Part shown: piece by piece, positions 57,926 through 64,000 of the stretch
How positions within the stretch are numbered: the first letter of the stretch is position 1
Layout: every line of letters starts with the position of its first letter
NCBI GenBank assembly: GCA_963845065.1
Contig: CAWJQQ010000005.1
Location: 320,001 to 384,000, forward strand
Length of the DNA stretch: 64,000 bases
Direction: 5' to 3'
Origin: Nitrospirota bacterium
GTDB lineage: Bacteria > Nitrospirota > UBA9217
Made by a program: the position numbers and the translations under genes
Notes under the pieces: generated by a model
The model's input: only the letters and a program-made list of their open reading frames with translations
Told to the model about the DNA's origin: nothing
The model's database searches: none

Positions 57926-59446
57926 ATGCAAGAAAAATCGATCATCATCATCGGCGGCGGAATCGCAGGGCTATCGGTCGGATGCTATGGCCAGATGAAT
58001 GGATTTCGTACGCGCATCTTCGAGATGCATAAGAAAAAACCGGGGGGACTCTGCACTTCCTGGAAGCGGCAAGGGTACACGGTGGACGGTTGCATTCACT
58101 GGCTCGTGGGGTCGGGCCCGAATTCGAAATTTTATACCATGTGGCAAGAGCTCGGCGCGCTTGAGGGAAAAACCATCATCAATCAAGAGGAATACGGACG
58201 CTGGGAAGGTCCAGACGGGAAACAACTCATCGTGTACACAGATCTGGACCGCCTAGAAAAGCACATGAAGGAACTCGCTCCGGAAGACGCTGCAATCATC
58301 GATGAATTCATCGCCGCAGCGCGCCAATGTACGCGATTCGAACCGCCGATCGAGAAGGCGCCGGAAGTGGCAGGTTTCTTCTATCTGGCCAAGATCGCAG
58401 TGACGCATTTATCGCTTCTGCGCATGCTGAGGAAGTGGAACAGGATTTCTCTCCGTGAGTATGCTGCACGGTTCAAAAATCCCATACTGCGCGAGGCGTT
58501 CCCGATGTTCTTTGTGCCGGACTTTTCCGTTTTCTTCATGCTTATGACGTTCGCCTGGATGCACAAGAAGGCTGCCGGGTATCCGGTGGGCGGATCGCTC
58601 GAATTCAGCCGGAGCATCGAGAAACGCTACCTCTCCCTTGGCGGCGAGATGAATTATAAGGCAAGGGTGGCCAAGATCCTGACCGAGAATAACCGCGCTG
58701 TGGGCATCAAGCTTGAGGACGGTGCCGACTACCGCGCGGACTACGTCATCTCCGCTGCCGACGGCCATGCCACAATCTTCGAGATGCTCGGAGGAAAGTT
58801 TCTGGACGAGACGATCAAAGGCTACTACGAAAAACTCCTGCCCTTTCCGGCGCTGGTGTACGTGGCATTTGGTGTGAATCGCTCCTTCGACGAAATACGT
58901 CCCTCCGTAGGCGGTATTACTATCAGGCTCAAAGAACCGATCAAGATCGGGCACCAGGAGCATACGCATGTCTGCGTGCGAATTTTCAACTATGATCCTA
59001 CGCTTGCGCCAGCGGGCAAAACGCTTGTGGTCGTAATGCTCAGTACGGACTATGAGTATTGGAAGAAACTCCGGGAAGACGACGAACGGTATAAGGCAGA
59101 GAAGGAGAGGATAGCGGATACACTAATCGCTATTCTCGACAAACGGTTTCCTGGGTTTGCCTCTCAGGTGGAGATGCGCGATGTGGCTTCACCGACAACG
59201 TTCGTACGCTATACCGGTAACTGGAAAGGGAGTTTCGAAGGCTGGCAGGTTACGCCCGAGACGTGGAGCTTTGGCAAGCTGATGAAAAAGACCTTGCCAG
59301 GGCTGGATAATTTTTATATGGCAGGACATTGGGTCCAGCCCGGCGGCGGACTGCCGATCGTGGCCCTGTCCGGGCGTAACGTGATCCAGATCATTTGTAA
59401 AAAAGAGAAGAAGAAGTTTACGACATCGCGGAAGTTAAGCACCTGA
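57926..59446 (+). CDS. Phytoene desaturase-like FAD-dependent oxidoreductase
   Basis: IIGGGIAGL, PGGLCTSWKR.GY..DGCIHWL, SPTT..RYTGN..GS..G, AGHW..PGGG; GGAGG RBS. Confidence 0.85.
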   Translation: MQEKSIIIIGGGIAGLSVGCYGQMNGFRTRIFEMHKKKPGGLCTSWKRQGYTVDGCIHWLVGSGPNSKFYTMWQELGALEGKTIINQEEYGRWEGPDGKQLIVYTDLDRLEKHMKELAPEDAAIIDEFIAAARQCTRFEPPIEKAPEVAGFFYLAKIAVTHLSLLRMLRKWNRISLREYAARFKNPILREAFPMFFVPDFSVFFMLMTFAWMHKKAAGYPVGGSLEFSRSIEKRYLSLGGEMNYKARVAKILTENNRAVGIKLEDGADYRADYVISAADGHATIFEMLGGKFLDETIKGYYEKLLPFPALVYVAFGVNRSFDEIRPSVGGITIRLKEPIKIGHQEHTHVCVRIFNYDPTLAPAGKTLVVVMLSTDYEYWKKLREDDERYKAEKERIADTLIAILDKRFPGFASQVEMRDVASPTTFVRYTGNWKGSFEGWQVTPETWSFGKLMKKTLPGLDNFYMAGHWVQPGGGLPIVALSGRNVIQIICKKEKKKFTTSRKLST

Positions 59447-59448
59447 TC

Positions 59449-60819
59449 ATGGACAAACCACAAATCATCAAACTGGTAAACAACCACCGAGTGTACTTTG
59501 CTGAGGGAAAGACGAGGGATCTATCCTTCCGTATCGACAAGCTTCGCATCTTGCGAAAGGCGATCGTTGAAAACGAACAGGCGATTTTCGATACACTGAA
59601 GGCCGACCTGAACAAGCCCGCATTCGAAGCCTACGGCGGCGACACGGCAATCGTTGTCAATGAGATCGATCATGCGATGAAGCATCTTGCGTGCTGGACA
59701 AAACCGAAAAAAGTCCGGACGCCGTTCGCATACTTTCCAAGCAAGAGCTATACTCTATCCGAACCATATGGAGTGACGCTCATCATCGGACCGTGGAATT
59801 TCCCTGTACAGTTAATGCTCGCGCCGCTCGTAGGCGCTATCGCTGCGGGCAACTGTGCTTTGCTCAAACCCTCGGTTGCGGCTCCCAGGATCTCGCGCCT
59901 TCTGATAAATATTATCGGTGAAATTTTCGACCCGGCGTTTGTCTCAATCGTGGAAGGCGGGGCCGAATCCGCCCGGATGCTGCTCGAAGAGCGGTTTGAC
60001 CACATTTTTTTTACCGGTGGCCCTGCTGTCGGACGCCTGGTGATGGCCGCTGCGGCCAAACACCTTACACCAATAACTCTCGAGCTTGGAGGAAAGAACC
60101 CCTGCATCGTTGACGCAGACACACACCTGGATTATACTGCGCGACGGATCGTGTGGGGAAAATACTTCAATGCAGGTCAGAGCTGCGTGGCGGTCGATTA
60201 TCTTCTGGTGCAGAAACGCGTCAAGCAGATACTGCTCGACAAAATGGCGAACTGCATTTATCAATTCTATGGCAGCGATCCCTCGCAGAGTCAGGACTAC
60301 TGCCGGATCATCAATGACGCTCATTTCACGCGGCTCGAGGGACTGCTTGGGAAGGGATCGATCGTCACAGGCGGCCAGGTTGAACGTGCATCACGATATA
60401 TTGCGCCCACAATCATTGATGGAATTCTGGGGCACGAGCCGATCATGCAGGAGGAAATTTTCGGACCTCTCTTGCCAGTGATTGAGTATGATGACCTGTC
60501 ACAGGCCATCTCCTTCGTGAACAGGATCCCGAAGCCGCTGGCACTGTATATCTTCTCCCGGAACAAGGGCCTTCAGGATCGCGTGCTGAGGGAAACAGCG
60601 GCAGGAGGCGGGTGCATCAACGATACGGTCATCCAAGAGACTACCTCCCTGTCTTTTGGCGGCGTAGGGCCGAGCGGGATTGGAAAGTACCACGGTAAGG
60701 CAAGCTTCGAAGCCTTCTCGCATGAGAGAAGCATTATCAAAAGCGGATTTTTGTTCGACATTCCTCTGAGGTATCCTCCTTACAAGAACCATCTCAAATG
60801 GCTTCGAAAAATCTTCTAA
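59449..60819 (+). CDS. Aldehyde dehydrogenase (ALDH3-like)
   Basis: PWNFP, FTGG, LELGGKNP, NAGQSC, EEIFGP, FGGVGPSGIG.YHG. Confidence 0.93.
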   Translation: MDKPQIIKLVNNHRVYFAEGKTRDLSFRIDKLRILRKAIVENEQAIFDTLKADLNKPAFEAYGGDTAIVVNEIDHAMKHLACWTKPKKVRTPFAYFPSKSYTLSEPYGVTLIIGPWNFPVQLMLAPLVGAIAAGNCALLKPSVAAPRISRLLINIIGEIFDPAFVSIVEGGAESARMLLEERFDHIFFTGGPAVGRLVMAAAAKHLTPITLELGGKNPCIVDADTHLDYTARRIVWGKYFNAGQSCVAVDYLLVQKRVKQILLDKMANCIYQFYGSDPSQSQDYCRIINDAHFTRLEGLLGKGSIVTGGQVERASRYIAPTIIDGILGHEPIMQEEIFGPLLPVIEYDDLSQAISFVNRIPKPLALYIFSRNKGLQDRVLRETAAGGGCINDTVIQETTSLSFGGVGPSGIGKYHGKASFEAFSHERSIIKSGFLFDIPLRYPPYKNHLKWLRKIF

Positions 60820-61233
60820 GTTTTTACCGTCCTCTTCATCGGTACAGACCAAACCCGATTTCTCTGCGTCTTGATTCTGGTATAATAGATCAAAGAGCCA
60901 GCTGATCATACAAGCCGATGACTTACCGATTGGCCGTTTGCCACAATCCGGCTGCAGTCTGCAACCTTGCCGTGGTCATTCACAAAATACTGCTCCCTCG
61001 GGCTGTGTTGGCAGAAGAGGCTCAATCGCTTTACGTTCCATACATGTCAGGCATATCTAACCCGGGGCGAATAAGTTCAGGTAGGCTTTGCTTCTGATCG
61101 GATGATCCCGAGCGGCAAGGCGGTCACCGTTATGCAGGCGGACTTGGTGTAAAGCAGAAAATCAACAAGAGTTCTCACCTGCTGCTCTGGCCGCAGGCAG
61201 GGAAAGGGAGCAAGCAATCAAGAGGCAGCCATT

Positions 61234-62019
61234 ATGAAAAACCAAACAGCGTTGATAACCGGTGCTTCCGGCGGCATAGGCTATGAATTCGCGAAGCTTA
61301 TCGCTCAGGACTGCAATATCCTCGTGCTTGTAGCACGGAACAGGGACAGGCTTGCTGAGGTCAAAAAGGAACTCGAAACGATAGCACCTGTCTCAGTCCT
61401 CATCGTCGAAAAGGACCTCGCCAAACCGGGTGCTGCGGATGAAATTTATCTCGAACTCAAAAGCAAGAATATTGGTGTAGACATCCTGATCAACAACGCG
61501 GGGTTCGGCGACCACGGCTCGTTCAGCGAGACAGACTGGGTACTGGAAGAAAAAATGATCGCGGTCAATATAATCGCGCTGACCCAGATGACGAAACTAT
61601 TTGTGAAGGGCATGGTCGCGAGAAAGAGCGGGCACATTCTCAACGTAGCGTCCACCGCGGCGTTTCAGCCCGGACCTTTTATGGCAGTCTATTATGCTTC
61701 AAAAGCCTATGTGCTATCCTTCTCGGAAGCTATTGCGAGCGAACTGAAGGGCACCGGCGTCACGGTCACCGTGCTCTGCCCCGGCCCCACAGACACCGGT
61801 TTTGCGAGCGCTGCGCGAATGGAACACACTAGACTTTTTACGTTCACGAAACCAGCGTCAGCTGCCGATGTGGCACGCTTCGGGTACGAAGCCATGCAGA
61901 GTGGCAAAACCGTGGCCATTCATGGTGCATTAAATAAAATAATGGCTTTAAGCACGCGAATGGCGCCGAGAAAACTCCTTCCCGTCATTGTACGGCTGAT
62001 GCATGAAAAAACGCGCTAA
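61234..62019 (+). CDS. Short-chain dehydrogenase/reductase
   Basis: TGASGGIG, NNAG, YYASKA (YxxxK), CPGPT.T.F. Confidence 0.93.
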   Translation: MKNQTALITGASGGIGYEFAKLIAQDCNILVLVARNRDRLAEVKKELETIAPVSVLIVEKDLAKPGAADEIYLELKSKNIGVDILINNAGFGDHGSFSETDWVLEEKMIAVNIIALTQMTKLFVKGMVARKSGHILNVASTAAFQPGPFMAVYYASKAYVLSFSEAIASELKGTGVTVTVLCPGPTDTGFASAARMEHTRLFTFTKPASAADVARFGYEAMQSGKTVAIHGALNKIMALSTRMAPRKLLPVIVRLMHEKTR

Positions 62020-62101
62020 GGTGTCGGCGAATATTATTTACCAAATTATCTGCAGAAAGATCCGGTTTCAACAATGGGGAGTGTCAGCGGACCTTTCCTC
62101 C

Positions 62102-62130
62102 TTGACACTCTTGGCTATTAATGCTACTTT
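62102..62130 (+). promoter_or_regulatory. sigma70 promoter (possibly leaderless transcript)
   Basis: TTGACA-17bp-TACTTT with TG extension; ATG only 6 nt after the -10 box. Confidence 0.5.
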
Positions 62131-62136
62131 TTTGCT

Positions 62137-63009
62137 ATGCTCGTGTATCTGAATGGTCATTTTATCGCCAGGGAGAAGGCACTGGTTTCCGTTTTCGACC
62201 ACGGCTTTCTCTACGGCGACGGCATCTATGAAACCTTGCGAGCTTACGATGGCCAGCTTTTCCTTCTCAAGAAACACCTTACCCGCCTGAAGCGGTCTGC
62301 CGATGCCATTTCTCTCAAGCTTCCCCTTTCTCTCGAAAAAATCAGTGATGCTCTGGTTAAATCACTGAACGTCAACAAACTCCGTGAAGCCTATGTCCGG
62401 CTCCATATTTCGCGCGGCCCTGGAGGGCTCGGGCTTGATCCAGCCCTGTGTTCAGCACCCACAATGGTGATTGCCGCCAAGCCGTTTCATGATTATCCGG
62501 CTTCATACTTCGACAGCGGCGTTGCCGTTGCCATCGTGAAAACTAGGCGAAACCATCCGCTCGCACTGCCACCCTCCATCAAGGGCACCAATTTTCTGAA
62601 TAACATCCTCGCCAAGATCGAGGCGGTCGAAGCCCGAGCTTTCGAGGGGATCATGCTCAATTGGCAGGGCTATGTTGCGGAAGGGACAATCAGTAACATT
62701 TTTATAGTCAAAAAAGGCCTGTTGTACACGCCCCACATGGATACTGGCATCCTCGAAGGGGTCACCCGTAGCCTAGTTCTCCGTCTAGCGACCCGGGAAA
62801 AAATAATAGTCAATGAGCGGCTGCTGCGACCTGGCAATTTTTATGCGGCCGATGAATGCTTTATTACGAACACGACCATGGAGATCATGCCAGTTACGAA
62901 GATCGACAAGAAAACCATAGGAACCGGCAGACCGGGACCGGTTACTGGTGCGCTGCTTCAGGCTTATAAGAAAGAGGTACTTGCATGTTTAAAGACGCAG
63001 GCCAGTTAG
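62137..63009 (+). CDS. Class IV PLP aminotransferase (branched-chain/D-amino acid/PabC-like)
   Basis: DHGFLYGDGIYE, H..RL..SA, IKGTNFL, EG..SNIF, LEGVTR, ADECF.T. Confidence 0.9.
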   Translation: MLVYLNGHFIAREKALVSVFDHGFLYGDGIYETLRAYDGQLFLLKKHLTRLKRSADAISLKLPLSLEKISDALVKSLNVNKLREAYVRLHISRGPGGLGLDPALCSAPTMVIAAKPFHDYPASYFDSGVAVAIVKTRRNHPLALPPSIKGTNFLNNILAKIEAVEARAFEGIMLNWQGYVAEGTISNIFIVKKGLLYTPHMDTGILEGVTRSLVLRLATREKIIVNERLLRPGNFYAADECFITNTTMEIMPVTKIDKKTIGTGRPGPVTGALLQAYKKEVLACLKTQAS

Positions 63010-63659
63010 CATACGTCATCGACCATACGCTGGTCCGACCCGACGCTACACTGGACGACCTTGCGAAGGTATGCGAGGAAGCGATAAAATATGGCTTTGC
63101 CTGTATTGTCGTAAACGGCTGTCACGCTGCCCGTGCCCGCGACCTCCTGTCCGGATCGCTGGTCAAAGTCTGCTGCGTCGTGGGTTTCCCCCACGGCATG
63201 AGTACGACAACTGTGAAGATCGTCGAAGCTATGGAGGCCGTCAAGAACGGCGCTGTCGAACTCGACATCGTAATGAACATCGGCTTGGTGAAATCGTTTC
63301 GCTTCGACTCTGCCGAGGTCGACATTAAAAATGTTATCGCTATGACTCCCCAGAAGGTCCACAAAGTCATCATCGAGACTGGGAGGCTCACCTCCGACGA
63401 AATTGTGAAGGTATGTCAGATAGCAGTGCGTTCCCAGGCCGAATTCATTAAGACCTCCACAGGGTACGGACCGCGCGGTGCGACAGCGGACGATATAAAG
63501 CTGATCCGTCATACGGTCGGGCCTGCGTGCCGCATCAAGGCAGCGGGCGGCATTAAAGATCTTGCGGCAGTAAAGGCGATGATTGAAGCAGGAGCGGAAC
63601 GAATCGGCACGAGTTCTGGCGTTGCGATTATGGAGGAGTTTTTAAAAAAGAAGGGTTAG
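62985..63659 (+). CDS. deoC: Deoxyribose-phosphate aldolase
   Basis: IDHTL, VGFPHG, ELDIVMN, KVIIET, FIKTSTG, IKAAGGI. Confidence 0.93.
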   Translation: MFKDAGQLAYVIDHTLVRPDATLDDLAKVCEEAIKYGFACIVVNGCHAARARDLLSGSLVKVCCVVGFPHGMSTTTVKIVEAMEAVKNGAVELDIVMNIGLVKSFRFDSAEVDIKNVIAMTPQKVHKVIIETGRLTSDEIVKVCQIAVRSQAEFIKTSTGYGPRGATADDIKLIRHTVGPACRIKAAGGIKDLAAVKAMIEAGAERIGTSSGVAIMEEFLKKKG

Positions 63660-63660
63660 T

Positions 63661-64000
63661 TGATAACCGCCAGGACATCGTGCACAAGAAAAACCGTCAC
63701 GACATCGTGCAATCGCAACTCTGAAACTATTCGATCTTGCGATGCCGTGACTTGTGTCAACGGTCATCGCAGTTGATAATTGTATTCCTCGACCTGGACT
63801 GTATCCCGGAAAAGTTTCAACTTTTGTTCTTTGACATCGACAGTAGCCACAACGTATTCGTATTGGGTCTCCGGTGGGGCTGGGAACCTTTCTCCAAAGA
63901 TATCTAATCGGCACTCGCTTCGAATGAACCGCACGAGATGATAGTAACCTTCCTCCGGCTTGTCCAAGGGGTGCTTTGGAGCGTTACTCTTGCTCGGGAA
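63661..64000 (-). mobile_element. End of an IS element: C-terminus of probable DDE/integrase-core transposase (ORF ends 63764) plus subterminal repeats
   Basis: ORF runs off window edge; 20-bp direct repeats AACCGCCAGGACATCGTGCA (63665) and AACCGTCACGACATCGTGCA (63692) plus a partial inverted copy. Confidence 0.55.

Noticed and set aside
60850..61230. ncRNA or small ORF between ALDH and SDR
   Set aside because: Only an 8-bp outer complement (TGCTCCCT/AGGGAGCA) and a motif-less 59-codon frame; not enough support.

Overview
Mostly core-genome DNA from a diderm, probably anaerobic bacterium. Gene content and order suggest Nitrospirota or a Deltaproteobacteria-like lineage (inference only). The window holds lysine/arginine biosynthesis (argG, argH, lysA, dapF, dapA, dapB, dapL), the elongasome cluster (mreBCD-mrdA-rodA, radical SAM fusion, rng), two c-di-GMP loci each near a sigma54-type promoter, an acetate/acyl-CoA cluster, tRNA-Val and tRNA-Asp, and many housekeeping genes. 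On top of this is a dense layer of IS200/IS605 (TnpB/OMEGA) material. It includes one near-complete 1.7-kb tnpB element with resolvable ends (TTAC target, TCAG right end, one nonsense codon), two decayed tnpB relics (one carrying a nested CTAG-flanked MITE), an orphan omegaRNA-like right end, and two ~48-bp single-hairpin left/right-end chimeras resembling solo-LTR scars. An orphan IS607 tnpA and a truncated DDE transposase are also present. Other leads are a candidate sigma54-driven sRNA, a rod-like ncRNA candidate, a DsbC with a CxxCH heme motif, an LptM/YifL-like lipoprotein fused to Fn3 domains, and a family-4 UDG lacking two Fe-S cysteines. No CRISPR array, rRNA or prophage was seen. All calls come from motif reading by eye; no database searches were run.
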